32,000 nt of DNA, taken from Psychrobacter sp. DM4 (GTDB lineage Bacteria > Pseudomonadota > Gammaproteobacteria > Pseudomonadales > Moraxellaceae). Below the pieces are notes generated by a model. That model saw only the letters and a program-made list of their open reading frames with translations. It ran no database searches and was not told where the DNA came from. The stretch spans positions 1,620,001-1,652,000 of the forward strand of contig NZ_CP195536.1 in assembly GCF_051307035.1 (NCBI RefSeq). Direction: 5' to 3'. This document shows positions 17,011 to 26,251 of this stretch, one piece after another (the stretch's first letter is position 1; every line of letters starts with the position of its first letter). The position numbers were made by a program, and so were the translations under genes.

Positions 17011-18318
17011 CTAAAGAAAAGCTCGCAATATCTGATTTAAATAACGCAGACCCAGTACCGTTGGCTTTATCTTATCTTGAGTATCCTCAAGTAATCCGCT
17101 ACTGACTAAGTTTTTGATCTCATCATCGATCATGTCAATACTAAATCCCGTTCGCGACTCAAACAAATAATGGCTCACCCCCTCATGTAAGCGTAGGGCA
17201 TTTAGCATAAATTCACTGACCAGCTCATCTTGCTCGATTGTCTGCCACCCTATCATCTTCGGTGTAACATCGCCTCTCATATAATCTTTTGGCGCACGGG
17301 TCTTGCTAAAGCGATAGATACCTGGCGCAGTTGACGCCTCAAACATAGAGTCGTTAGTAGAAGCCAGTAATAATGAATTTTGTTCTACAAAGGTATCAAA
17401 CCTATGACCAATAGTTACCTTGCCGTGAGCCCCTGCGCCAATAGCTAAATAATCGCCAAATTGCCAGTAGTTAACATTATGACGGCAATGCGTATCTGAC
17501 GCGCCTGCCCAAGCGGATACTTCATAATTCCTATAACCGAGCTCATCTAACAGCCTTTGACCTGCCTGCTCGATATCTGCCAAATTGTCTTCATCTGGCA
17601 GTATGGGCTGGCTACGATAAAACACAGTATTAGGCTCTATGGTTAGCTGATACCAAGAGATATGAGTGGCACCAGCCTCATGTGCGGTCTGAATATCATA
17701 CATAGCCTCATTAAGCGTTTGCTGCGGTAGACCATGCATCAAGTCCACATTGACGCGCTCAAATCCAGCAGCACGAGCGGCTCTAATAGCAGACATCGCT
17801 TGGGTAGGATCATGAATACGACCAAGCGTCGTTAGCTTGTCGGCAGCAAAGCTTTGAACGCCGATAGACAAGCGATTGATTCCGACTTTTAAGTATTCAG
17901 CGAATGGCGCGTGCTCAAGCGTACCAGGATTGGCCTCCATCGTAATCTCGATATCAGGCATAAATTCAAAACAGTCTCGTAATCCATCAAACAAGCGCTG
18001 ATATTGCGTGATCGGCAGTAGTGAAGGTGTCCCGCCACCGATAAATATGGAGCTAATCTGACGCCCTTGCGTCAATGCTATTTGCATGCGAGCATCTAAT
18101 AATAGAGTGTCAACATACTTATCATACAAGGACAGCTGATGATCTATAGGCAGCTCATGTGAGTTAAAGTCGCAATACGGACATTTTTTGACGCACCATG
18201 GAATATGTATATATAGTGCCAACGGAATGCTCATGACGTTCAAATTAATAGACGTTGATAAGGTATCAATGCTGGCATTATCTATAGTCGCATCATCAGT
18301 AAAATCAGGTTTAGGCAT
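17011..18318 (-). CDS. hemW: Radical SAM heme chaperone HemW (oxygen-independent coproporphyrinogen-III oxidase-like)
   Basis: LALYIHIPWCVKKCPYCDFNSH carries the CxxxCxxC radical-SAM motif and aligns with the extreme N-terminus of E. coli HemW/YggW. A HemN_C-like C-terminus is present. The start is ambiguous. Candidates are the track's TTG at 18444, the ATG at 18318 (given here) and the ATG at 18234 (MSIPLALY), which matches E. coli best. Confidence 0.85.
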   Translation of the reverse strand: MPKPDFTDDATIDNASIDTLSTSINLNVMSIPLALYIHIPWCVKKCPYCDFNSHELPIDHQLSLYDKYVDTLLLDARMQIALTQGRQISSIFIGGGTPSLLPITQYQRLFDGLRDCFEFMPDIEITMEANPGTLEHAPFAEYLKVGINRLSIGVQSFAADKLTTLGRIHDPTQAMSAIRAARAAGFERVNVDLMHGLPQQTLNEAMYDIQTAHEAGATHISWYQLTIEPNTVFYRSQPILPDEDNLADIEQAGQRLLDELGYRNYEVSAWAGASDTHCRHNVNYWQFGDYLAIGAGAHGKVTIGHRFDTFVEQNSLLLASTNDSMFEASTAPGIYRFSKTRAPKDYMRGDVTPKMIGWQTIEQDELVSEFMLNALRLHEGVSHYLFESRTGFSIDMIDDEIKNLVSSGLLEDTQDKIKPTVLGLRYLNQILRAFL

Positions 18319-18540
18319 AAAGGTGTGGCTTATTGTGAGAGGGTTGGTTATCGCAAAAAAACTTTTGCTAGCATAACGAGTAAGGTCGTCAAATAAAAGC
18401 CAAGGTGCTAAATAAAAGCCTAGCGACAACATAAACGGTAACAACTACTAATATCGATCATTTTAAAATAAAGGCAAAATAGTTCTGACACGTACGTGTT
18501 AGACGTATATAGCACAAGTGACAAATATCTTTATTACAAA

Positions 18541-19029
18541 ATGAGTAAAACTATGGCGTATTGGCTAATGAAATCCAATCCAAAGTACTTTGGTATTAAG
18601 GATATCGAACGTTTGGGCACTGACGGTTGGGATGGTGTGCGCAATTACCGCGCGCGTAACTTTATGCGTGATGATATGCAAGTCGGTGATAAAGTGATCT
18701 TTTATCATTCAAGTGCCAAGCCTTCAGGTGCCGCAGGTATCATGACCGTCAATCAAGCGGGCTACCCTGACCCCACGCAGTTTTATCCTGAACATCGTCA
18801 TTATGATCCGCTTGCCTTTGAGGACGCGCCGCGCTGGTACATGGTGGATGTGAGCTTTGAGCTGGCGTTCACAGATATCGTCCCTTTATCAGCGCTCAAA
18901 TTCATACCCGCACTTGAGGATTCGCTCCTACTCAAAAAAGGCTGTCAGCAGCTTACCGTTATTCCGCTTGCGCCCAAACATTGGCAAGCGATTATCGATA
19001 TGGCAGAGGATCTGAATCTTATGCCTTAA
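18541..19029 (+). CDS. EVE (PUA-like) domain protein
   Basis: MAYWLMKSNPKYF..WDGVRNYRARNFMRD.MQVGDKVIFYHS matches the EVE-domain N-terminal signature. The likely start is the ATG at 18541 or 18553, rather than the track start at 18496. Confidence 0.75.
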   Translation: MSKTMAYWLMKSNPKYFGIKDIERLGTDGWDGVRNYRARNFMRDDMQVGDKVIFYHSSAKPSGAAGIMTVNQAGYPDPTQFYPEHRHYDPLAFEDAPRWYMVDVSFELAFTDIVPLSALKFIPALEDSLLLKKGCQQLTVIPLAPKHWQAIIDMAEDLNLMP

Positions 19030-19265
19030 GCGCTCATTATAATGACAAAGCGACGGTTATCACATTGACATCTCAGCCTTGCTTGATTACCATCGTGTCT
19101 GCCTTTGACCTGTTGATTCAAATTACGAATTAGCGGGTTATTTTCATTTTAGTCATTCAATTTTGCTTGTCCTTGATCCGCTCCTGTTATGCTGACCGGC
19201 GTTTGATGCAAGATGACCTGCATCGCAATTACTTTGTATGCTGATTATTTAATAAGTGGTTCGTT

Positions 19266-20633
19266 ATGGTGCTGCCGTTATCGTTTTCAGATTTTAAGAG
19301 CTATAGTTTGCGCTTGGGCATTTTAGCTTTGCCTATATTGATTACTCAGTTTTGTCAGGCAGCGCTTGGTGTCGTTGATGCCATTATGGCAGGGCGCGTC
19401 TCAGCCCTTGATTTGGCAGCGGTCGCGGTAGGCTCTGGCATTTGGCTACCACTGTTTTTGCTGGCAACGGGTATTTTGATTGCCACCACGCCTTTAGTCG
19501 GTGAGGCAATAGGACAAAAAAACCACGATCTAATACCTCATATCACTCAGCAATCTTTGTGGACCGCAGCTGTCATTGGTATCATTGGTTTCGTTATTGT
19601 CAACCTAGCACCGAATGTGCTTGGCCTTATGGGTGTACCTGAAAATATTCAACCGATAGCGGCGCAATATCTGTACGGCGTCTCCTTTGGTTTTCCAGCA
19701 CTAGCAATATATGCGGTGCTACGCAGTTATTGTGAAGCGCTCGGTCGCCCTGAACCTGTCACTATCATCAGTATTATAGGCCTGCTTGCAGATATACCGC
19801 TCAACTACATTTTTATTCATGGTCTGTATGGTATGCCAGAGCTTGGCGGCGCAGGCTGTGGAGTAGCAACGGCTATTGTACTTTGGATAAATGTATTACT
19901 TTTGGTGGCTTATACCGCCTTTACCAAGCGCCAGCAGTTTGCTAGCACGCGTTTTTATCGTCATTTTGCGCGGCCTAATCGTGTCCAAATCGCTAAACTA
20001 TTAGCGTTAGGCATTCCTATTGGCATCTCTATTTTCTTTGAAGCGAGCTTATTTAGCTTAGGCGCGTTAGTCATCAGTCCATTAGGGGAGCTAGCTACTG
20101 CTTCTCATCAAGTAGCATTGGCGGTCACCTCGCAGTTATTTATGATACCTATATCAGTGGCAATGGCGCTTACTATTATGATATCCAACCGTTTTGGTGA
20201 AAAGAACCTCATGGCGCTGCGTCAAGTGCAAGCCACGGGACTGATATGGACGGTTTTGATTGCTATCGTATGTATGCTTGGCGTTTGGTTATTCAGACCG
20301 CAGCTAGCGATGGCCTTTACCGATAACCCCGATGTGCAAGCACAAGCCATGCATTTGCTTATATTTGCACTCGCTTATCAGCTCTTTGATGGCTGGCAGG
20401 TCAATGTCGCAGGTATTCTACGTGGTCTACAAGACACCAAAGTACCTATGTGGGTCACCATGTTCTGTTATTGGGTGGTCGCGCTACCGATGGGTATCTA
20501 CCTTGTGCGCTATACCGATGTCGGGGCACAAGGGTTTTGGATGGCATTGATTACAGGATTGTTTTTAGCAGCGATTTTACTGACCTTAAGGCTCATTTAT
20601 CAACAAAAACAGTTAGATGAAAAGTGGGGCTAG
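19266..20633 (+). CDS. MATE-family multidrug/sodium efflux transporter (NorM-like)
   Basis: 455 aa with about 12 predicted hydrophobic helices. The MATE N-terminal pattern is LALPILITQFCQAALGVVDAIMAGRVSALDLAAVAVGSGIW. Confidence 0.85.
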   Translation: MVLPLSFSDFKSYSLRLGILALPILITQFCQAALGVVDAIMAGRVSALDLAAVAVGSGIWLPLFLLATGILIATTPLVGEAIGQKNHDLIPHITQQSLWTAAVIGIIGFVIVNLAPNVLGLMGVPENIQPIAAQYLYGVSFGFPALAIYAVLRSYCEALGRPEPVTIISIIGLLADIPLNYIFIHGLYGMPELGGAGCGVATAIVLWINVLLLVAYTAFTKRQQFASTRFYRHFARPNRVQIAKLLALGIPIGISIFFEASLFSLGALVISPLGELATASHQVALAVTSQLFMIPISVAMALTIMISNRFGEKNLMALRQVQATGLIWTVLIAIVCMLGVWLFRPQLAMAFTDNPDVQAQAMHLLIFALAYQLFDGWQVNVAGILRGLQDTKVPMWVTMFCYWVVALPMGIYLVRYTDVGAQGFWMALITGLFLAAILLTLRLIYQQKQLDEKWG

Positions 20634-20853
20634 CTACTATTAAATGCTAGTGTGTACTTTTTCGCGTCTTTATCGAGTATGATGAATAAACCGTAACCAT
20701 TCTAATATAAAATTATTGAGTTAACAGTTGTACATTGATTGCTCATTGAGCGGATAATAGGTATGATTGGCATGAGGATAAAGTATATTTTGTTACACTA
20801 TTTTTTCTTGAATACGTTCTTTCTTAAAAACAAATAAAAGGTATCGTTACATT

Positions 20854-21279
20854 ATGGATATTGAAAAGATACGCACCCTAATCGCTCTCATGGAAGAAAA
20901 CGAGCTCGTCAATCTAGAGATTAGCTCTGACGATGAGCATATCAGTTTGACCCGTCATTATGATACCCCTGTGCAACCTATGATGGCGGCGCCCGCTGCT
21001 GGGGCAATGCCAATAGCTACGCCAGCGGCTGATGTCAAAGCAGGCAGCGTTGAGACCTCTCCTATGGTTGGTGTCTTTTACTCATCGCCAAGTCCAAATG
21101 ATCCCCCCTATGCTAAAGTTGGCCAGAAAGTACAAGCGGGCGATACACTCGGTATTATAGAAGCGATGAAGATCATGAACCCGCTCGAAGCGACTCAAAG
21201 CGGCGTCATAGATGAGATCTTGGTAGCAAACTCTGATGTGGTACAGTTCGGTCAGCCTGTTATACGCTACAAGGCGTAG
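20854..21279 (+). CDS. accB: Acetyl-CoA carboxylase biotin carboxyl carrier protein
   Basis: 141 aa with a Pro/Ala-rich linker. The biotinyl-lysine motif is IEAMKIMN. The flanking SPMVGVFY..G..V..GD pattern is present. accC lies downstream. Confidence 0.93.
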   Translation: MDIEKIRTLIALMEENELVNLEISSDDEHISLTRHYDTPVQPMMAAPAAGAMPIATPAADVKAGSVETSPMVGVFYSSPSPNDPPYAKVGQKVQAGDTLGIIEAMKIMNPLEATQSGVIDEILVANSDVVQFGQPVIRYKA

Positions 21280-21401
21280 TGGCATCCGCCCTACTTTACC
21301 CAGTTATATTCCAATATGACTGGCCGCTAAGCCTTACTCACTCAGCTACAGAGAAGACTTGCGCACCACTTAGTTAACGCCGCTTGGACAAGGATGATTC
21401 T

Positions 21402-22775
21402 ATGATAAAAAAATTACTTATCGCCAATCGAGGTGAAATTGCTCTACGTATTGTAAGAGCTTGCAAGGCACTAGGCATAGAGACAGTAGGAGTATACTCA
21501 ACTGCTGACAAAAACCTGATGCATCTGCGTTTCGTTGATGAAGCTATCTGTATCGGCAAACCTAATGCTAGTGAAAGCTACCTCAATATTAATACTATAT
21601 TGACGGCAGCTGAGATATCAGGCGCTGATGCCATTCATCCGGGCTACGGATTTTTGGCAGAGAACGCTGAGTTCGCTGAACGCATTGAAGAGGCAGGATT
21701 GACCTTTGTAGGCCCTAACGCGGATCATATCCGTCTCATGGGTAACAAAGTCTCTGCCATCAATGCCATGAAAAAAGCAGGCGTTCCAACCGTTCCTGGC
21801 TCTGTTGGCGCGGTCACCATGCATAACGCTGAAGAACAAGCCGGTAATATTGGATTTCCTTTGATTATTAAAGCGGCGTCTGGCGGCGGCGGTCGTGGTA
21901 TGCGCGTCGTTGAGCGCTTTGATGAGCTTATCGGACAAGTGCAAGCGGCCAAACAAGAAGCTGAGCTCTGGTTCGGTGATGATACGGTCTATATGGAGCG
22001 CTACCTCCAAAATCCGCGCCATGTCGAAGTCCAAGTGTTGGGCGACGGCAATGGCAATGCTATTCACTTATATGACCGTGACTGCTCGCTACAACGCCGT
22101 CATCAAAAGGTGCTAGAAGAAGCCCCTGCCCCAGACATCCCTGATGATGTACGTGAGCCTATTCTGCGCGCTTGCGTCAAGGCTTGCGAGCTGGTCAAGT
22201 ACCGCGGCGCGGGAACCTTTGAGTTTTTGTTCGAAAATAATGAGTTCTTCTTTATTGAGATGAATACCCGCGTTCAGGTCGAGCATCCCGTTACTGAGAT
22301 GATTACGGGTATCGATATCGTCGTCGAGCAGCTAAAGATTGCCGCAGGTTATGGTCTCTCCTATCGTCAAAGCGAGATTGAGATCCAAGGTCACGCTATT
22401 GAGTGCCGTATCAATGCCGAGGATCCTGCGACCTTTATGCCCTCACCTGGTACGGTCACGCAATTGTTTGCCCCAAGCGGCGCAGGCGTGCGTTTTGACT
22501 CGCATCTCTATCCTAGCTATGAGATACCAAGTTATTATGATTCGCTGATTGGTAAGCTCATCTGTCATGGACAAACGCGTCAGCAGGCTATCTCAAAGAC
22601 GGTACATGCGCTTGATGAATTGGTCATTGAAGGTATCAAGACCAACATTCCGCTACATCGTGATGTTATCTTGGCGGATGAGGCATTCACTGAAGAGGCG
22701 CAAAACATTCATTATCTCGAAAGAGTATTGCTTCAACCCAAAAAAGAAAAGCCAGAAGTAGACTTCACCGCTTAG
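21402..22775 (+). CDS. accC: Acetyl-CoA carboxylase biotin carboxylase subunit
   Basis: [29 protein letters not shown] is the canonical AccC start. AAGGA lies 7 nt upstream of the ATG at 21402; the track's TTG at 21384 is unlikely. ATP-grasp motifs are [10 protein letters not shown] and [14 protein letters not shown]. Confidence 0.95.
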   Translation: MIKKLLIANRGEIALRIVRACKALGIETVGVYSTADKNLMHLRFVDEAICIGKPNASESYLNINTILTAAEISGADAIHPGYGFLAENAEFAERIEEAGLTFVGPNADHIRLMGNKVSAINAMKKAGVPTVPGSVGAVTMHNAEEQAGNIGFPLIIKAASGGGGRGMRVVERFDELIGQVQAAKQEAELWFGDDTVYMERYLQNPRHVEVQVLGDGNGNAIHLYDRDCSLQRRHQKVLEEAPAPDIPDDVREPILRACVKACELVKYRGAGTFEFLFENNEFFFIEMNTRVQVEHPVTEMITGIDIVVEQLKIAAGYGLSYRQSEIEIQGHAIECRINAEDPATFMPSPGTVTQLFAPSGAGVRFDSHLYPSYEIPSYYDSLIGKLICHGQTRQQAISKTVHALDELVIEGIKTNIPLHRDVILADEAFTEEAQNIHYLERVLLQPKKEKPEVDFTA

Positions 22776-22809
22776 TTCAGACATGGACGTTCAACTCTAA
22801 TACAAAAAA

Positions 22810-22838
22810 GCCGCCCTTTATATGAAGAGCGGCTTTTT
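22810..22838. terminator. Bidirectional intrinsic terminator after accC, shared with the convergent ORF 22892..23506
   Basis: GCCGCCCTT (22810-22818) pairs with AAGAGCGGC (22825-22833) with one mismatch. A6 lies upstream and T5 downstream. Confidence 0.75.
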
Positions 22839-22891
22839 ATTGTGCGCTATTGTTAAATACTGTAGCTGTTAAACACTACGGCTATCAAAGG

Positions 22892-23506
22892 TTATGGCAT
22901 GACTCTACGAAAAGTCATAAAACACTCAAGCCCTTCAGGATCAGCGCACCATTGCATCTGATTGTCTTTATGATCTAAAAACGCAATGAGCGTCTCATCG
23001 CTTTGATCAATCTGATTACCTGAACAGTCCACTTCATTATTGTCATAAATGGTCTTTATTGCGATAATAGGCAAACCTTCATCAAGATGACTGACTAGGT
23101 AGCGACTATACGTCCACTCCTTGCCACTCACCGCCCACATCTCGTTGTCCGCGCCGAAGTTATATATCTCACGGCACTGATTATTTGAGGACGCTTGAGC
23201 GCTACTATTCAAACCTGTAGTAGCGGGAGTTTTAGTGTTGCTCGGGGTCATAGTGATGATGCGGCGCTCACTTTGGTCCAGTACGCCATCAGTAGTCTCT
23301 GAATTTCTCTCGGCCAACATCAGCTTATCTAGCAGGGATGAATTGCTCATAGCGCTGTTGCTAGTGAGCTCAATCTCCCACTGTCCAGCGATAGCAGGAC
23401 TGATATGCGTGGTTATGTTAGAGGCACTGACTATCTCGTTACTCGCAGGTAGAGACGCCAAAATAGACGCCAAAGAGATAGACGCAAATGAAAAGACAGG
23501 TTCCAT
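22892..23506 (-). CDS. Hypothetical secreted protein with a four-Cys C-terminal domain
   Basis: 204 aa. AAGG lies 6 nt upstream of the ATG and an in-frame stop lies 5 codons upstream. The N-terminus is hydrophobic with a VSA-SN-type cleavage site. A Ser/Thr/Asn-rich linker follows. The C-terminal domain has 4 Cys. I recognise no family. Confidence 0.5.
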   Translation of the reverse strand: MEPVFSFASISLASILASLPASNEIVSASNITTHISPAIAGQWEIELTSNSAMSNSSLLDKLMLAERNSETTDGVLDQSERRIITMTPSNTKTPATTGLNSSAQASSNNQCREIYNFGADNEMWAVSGKEWTYSRYLVSHLDEGLPIIAIKTIYDNNEVDCSGNQIDQSDETLIAFLDHKDNQMQWCADPEGLECFMTFRRVMP

Positions 23507-23682
23507 AATTAACCTTAATTTTTATGCAAAAGTAAACTGTCTGTTAGCGTAAGTCTTAGCCGACTAAAACACAAGTAACAATATGCTATGGATTACTCCG
23601 TTTAATGCTCATCAGCTAATGGGCAAGTGATATTCGAGCTTAAGACTAGTTAGACTACACTGATATGGACCAACTACACCAC

Positions 23683-23730
23683 AAAAAAGCCCTCTACCCT
23701 AAGCGCTATTCACACTTAAAATAGAAGGCT
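23683..23730 (-). terminator. Probable intrinsic terminator of leuA
   Basis: On the minus strand AGCCTTCTA (23722-23730) pairs with TAGAGGGCT (23688-23696), with one G-U pair. The long loop is partly self-paired. T6 follows (plus-strand A6 at 23683-23688). It lies 25 nt after the leuA stop. Confidence 0.5.
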
Positions 23731-23754
23731 CATATAAGCACTAAGGCTACTACA

Positions 23755-25518
23755 TTACGCCGCAGTAGTATTTGGAGCTTGCGCTAAGGCCGATAACGCG
23801 CCTTTTAGCATCGCTGAGACGGTACTGCTACAGGTTCCGATACCTGAGTACACCGTGCCATCAACGTTGAGCTGAATGTAGGCGGCGGCATTGGCATTGG
23901 TCTTGTTATCCGTACTAGTATCATCATAACCATCGACATTTCCATTAACATTATTGTGCTGCGGATTGATCGCGTGCTCAGCATAGTTGATGATATGGAG
24001 CGACTTGCCAGTGTGCTGCGCGAGTCCATCGATAAAGGATGACAACGGACCATTACCCGTACCATCTATGGTGATAGTGTCGCCATTCATATTGACTTGA
24101 CCACTAAAGAAGACCTCACTGCCTTTACTATTGACACTATAATCGAGCAGCTCAAAATCGCCTTGCTGTAAATAAGTGCTCTCAAAAGTCTGTAATATCT
24201 CATCGTTTTGAAGCTCGCGTGCCGCTTTTTCTGCCTGTTTTTGTACCACACCGCTAAAGTCAATCTGCATCCAACGCGGTAAATTAAAGCCGTAATTGCG
24301 CTGCAAGATATAAGCGACACCGCCTTTGCCTGACTGACTATTAATACGCACCACATCTTGATAGCTACGACCAATGTGCGCAGGATCAATAGGCAAGTAC
24401 GCCACATCCCAAACGTTTTCAGTTTCATCGACATGCTGCTCATTGTAATCAAGAGACTTTTTGATAGCGTCCTGATGCGAGCCACTGAAGGCGGTAAATA
24501 CTAGCTCACCGACATACGGATGACGCGGATGCACAGGTAAATTGTTGCACTCGCTCACCACCTGTACGATCTCGCTCATGTTGCTAAAATCAAGCTTCGG
24601 GTCTATGCCTTGACTAAACATATTCATCGCCGTGACCATAATATCCATATTGCCCGTACGCTCACCATTACCGAGTAGTGTGCCCTCGATACGATCAGCA
24701 CCCGCGAGTATCCCTAATTCAGCGGCGGCTACCGCACAACCGCGATCATTGTGCGTGTGGAGGCTCACAATGATATGCTCGCGTTTGGCGAGGTTACGGC
24801 AGAAGTACTCGACTTGATCGGCGAATATGTTAGGCATAGAGGCCTCAACGGTCGCCGGCAAGTTAATGATCACGCCCTGCCCGTTCTCAGGCTGCCAGAC
24901 CTCACATACCGCATCACAAACTTCTACCGCGTACTCGGTTTCTGTTTGGCTAAAGCTCTCTGGTGAATACTGAAAGACCCACTCCGTCTCAGGATATTTG
25001 GCAGCATAATCGACCAATAATTTAGCACCCTCGATAGCGATCTCTTTGATCTGGGCTTTGTCTTTGCCGTAGACTTTTTCGCGCTGAATACGACTGGTTG
25101 AGTTATAGACATGGACAATAGCGCGCTTAGCCCCTTTTAAAGACTCAAAGGTACGGGCGATCAAATGCTCGCGGGCTTGTACCAATACTTGCAAGGTCAC
25201 ATCATCAGGCACATGATTCTCTTCAATGAGCTTACGTGCAAAATCAAACTCAACTTGCGCCGCAGAGGGAAAGCCTATCTCGATGTCTTTAAAACCAACA
25301 TCGACCAAAGTCTTAAAAAAACGCATTTTTTGTTCAATGGTCATCGGATCTATCAATGCCTGATTGCCATCGCGCAGATCAACGCTTGCCCACATTGGTG
25401 CCTTTTCGATAGTCTTGCTCGGCCACGTGCGATCTGGCAGATGTGGTGCAAACTCAAAAGCACGATATTTACGATAATCAAAAGCAGCGTTCTTTGGAGT
25501 AACGGCGGGTTCAGACAT
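23755..25518 (-). CDS. leuA: 2-isopropylmalate synthase, long (LeuA type 2) form
   Basis: 587 aa. WASVDLRDGNQAL and HTHNDRGCAVAAAELG are the DRE-TIM metal-binding motifs. The N-terminal FDYRKYRAF..PDRTWP is typical of the long actinobacterial/pseudomonad-type LeuA. AGGA lies 6 nt upstream of the ATG. Confidence 0.93.
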   Translation of the reverse strand: MSEPAVTPKNAAFDYRKYRAFEFAPHLPDRTWPSKTIEKAPMWASVDLRDGNQALIDPMTIEQKMRFFKTLVDVGFKDIEIGFPSAAQVEFDFARKLIEENHVPDDVTLQVLVQAREHLIARTFESLKGAKRAIVHVYNSTSRIQREKVYGKDKAQIKEIAIEGAKLLVDYAAKYPETEWVFQYSPESFSQTETEYAVEVCDAVCEVWQPENGQGVIINLPATVEASMPNIFADQVEYFCRNLAKREHIIVSLHTHNDRGCAVAAAELGILAGADRIEGTLLGNGERTGNMDIMVTAMNMFSQGIDPKLDFSNMSEIVQVVSECNNLPVHPRHPYVGELVFTAFSGSHQDAIKKSLDYNEQHVDETENVWDVAYLPIDPAHIGRSYQDVVRINSQSGKGGVAYILQRNYGFNLPRWMQIDFSGVVQKQAEKAARELQNDEILQTFESTYLQQGDFELLDYSVNSKGSEVFFSGQVNMNGDTITIDGTGNGPLSSFIDGLAQHTGKSLHIINYAEHAINPQHNNVNGNVDGYDDTSTDNKTNANAAAYIQLNVDGTVYSGIGTCSSTVSAMLKGALSALAQAPNTTAA

Positions 25519-25776
25519 GATTTTTCCTTTTTAGTTAAAAAATATTATTGGTTTAAGAATGTTAGTTAGTGTAAGAGTATATTTTATTTACTGGGCTTGA
25601 ATAATTAATGAAGCAATTCTATGCCTTTATAATAACAAATTAGTGCAATCAAAAAACGGCTTTATCAAAGGATATTACCTGTCATAATAGAGTTTACTGA
25701 CAGTATTACACCGCTAAATAGTGAAATTCTCTAATAAACGGGTTTAATCGTGATAGATAACAATATAAATTCTGAT

Positions 25777-26232
25777 ATGACTATGGATAAAATAGATAAG
25801 CAGCTACTGCGCCTATTACAGACTAATGCGCGAATGAGTATTACTGAACTTGCCGAACGGGTCAATCTGTCCGCTACGCCTTGCGCGCGGCGTATCAAGC
25901 GCTTAGAAGAGTCAGGAATTATTACAGGATATCATACACAAACCAATGCGCAGAAGCTGGGTTATCCGCTGGCGGTATTTATTGCTATCAGTATGGACCG
26001 TCATACTGCTGAGCGCTTCGATCAGTTTGAGCGCAAAGTTCAAAGCTTTGATGAGGTGGTGAGCTGTAGTATTGTGACGGGTCGCAGTGAGGATTATCTG
26101 ATCAAGGTACGCGTGCGCGATATGGCACATTATGAAGAGTTTTTATTGCACCGTCTTAATCGTATCGAGGGTGTGGCGCAAGTACATACTAGCTTTGAGC
26201 TGCGAGAGGTATTCAATCGTAGCATGGTTTAA
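25777..26232 (+). CDS. Lrp/AsnC-family transcriptional regulator
   Basis: The HTH_AsnC region is LDKIDKQLLRLLQTNARMSITELAERVNLSATPCARRIKRLEESGII. It is followed by an AsnC/RAM ligand-binding domain. The track start is GTG at 25750; the ATGs at 25777/25783 give the usual length of about 150 aa. Confidence 0.88.
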   Translation: MTMDKIDKQLLRLLQTNARMSITELAERVNLSATPCARRIKRLEESGIITGYHTQTNAQKLGYPLAVFIAISMDRHTAERFDQFERKVQSFDEVVSCSIVTGRSEDYLIKVRVRDMAHYEEFLLHRLNRIEGVAQVHTSFELREVFNRSMV

Positions 26233-26251
26233 ATATTTACTTTTGAAGATC

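Noticed and set aside
18319-18444. N-terminal hydrophobic extension of hemW (MLPFMLSLGFYLAPWLLFDD...)
   Set aside because: It begins with TTG and lies upstream of the point where homology to HemW/YggW starts (MSIPLALYIHIPWC). This is most likely untranslated 5' region rather than a membrane anchor. Start choice remains uncertain.
21280-21401. Unusually long (122 nt) accB-accC spacer
   Set aside because: No ORF, hairpin or repeat was detected in it. This is probably just lineage-specific spacing.
25665-25685. Possible leucine leader peptide upstream of leuA (minus-strand mini-ORF MTGNIL)
   Set aside because: It has only one Leu codon and no tandem Leu run. No alternative terminator/antiterminator hairpins follow, so it is not an attenuator.
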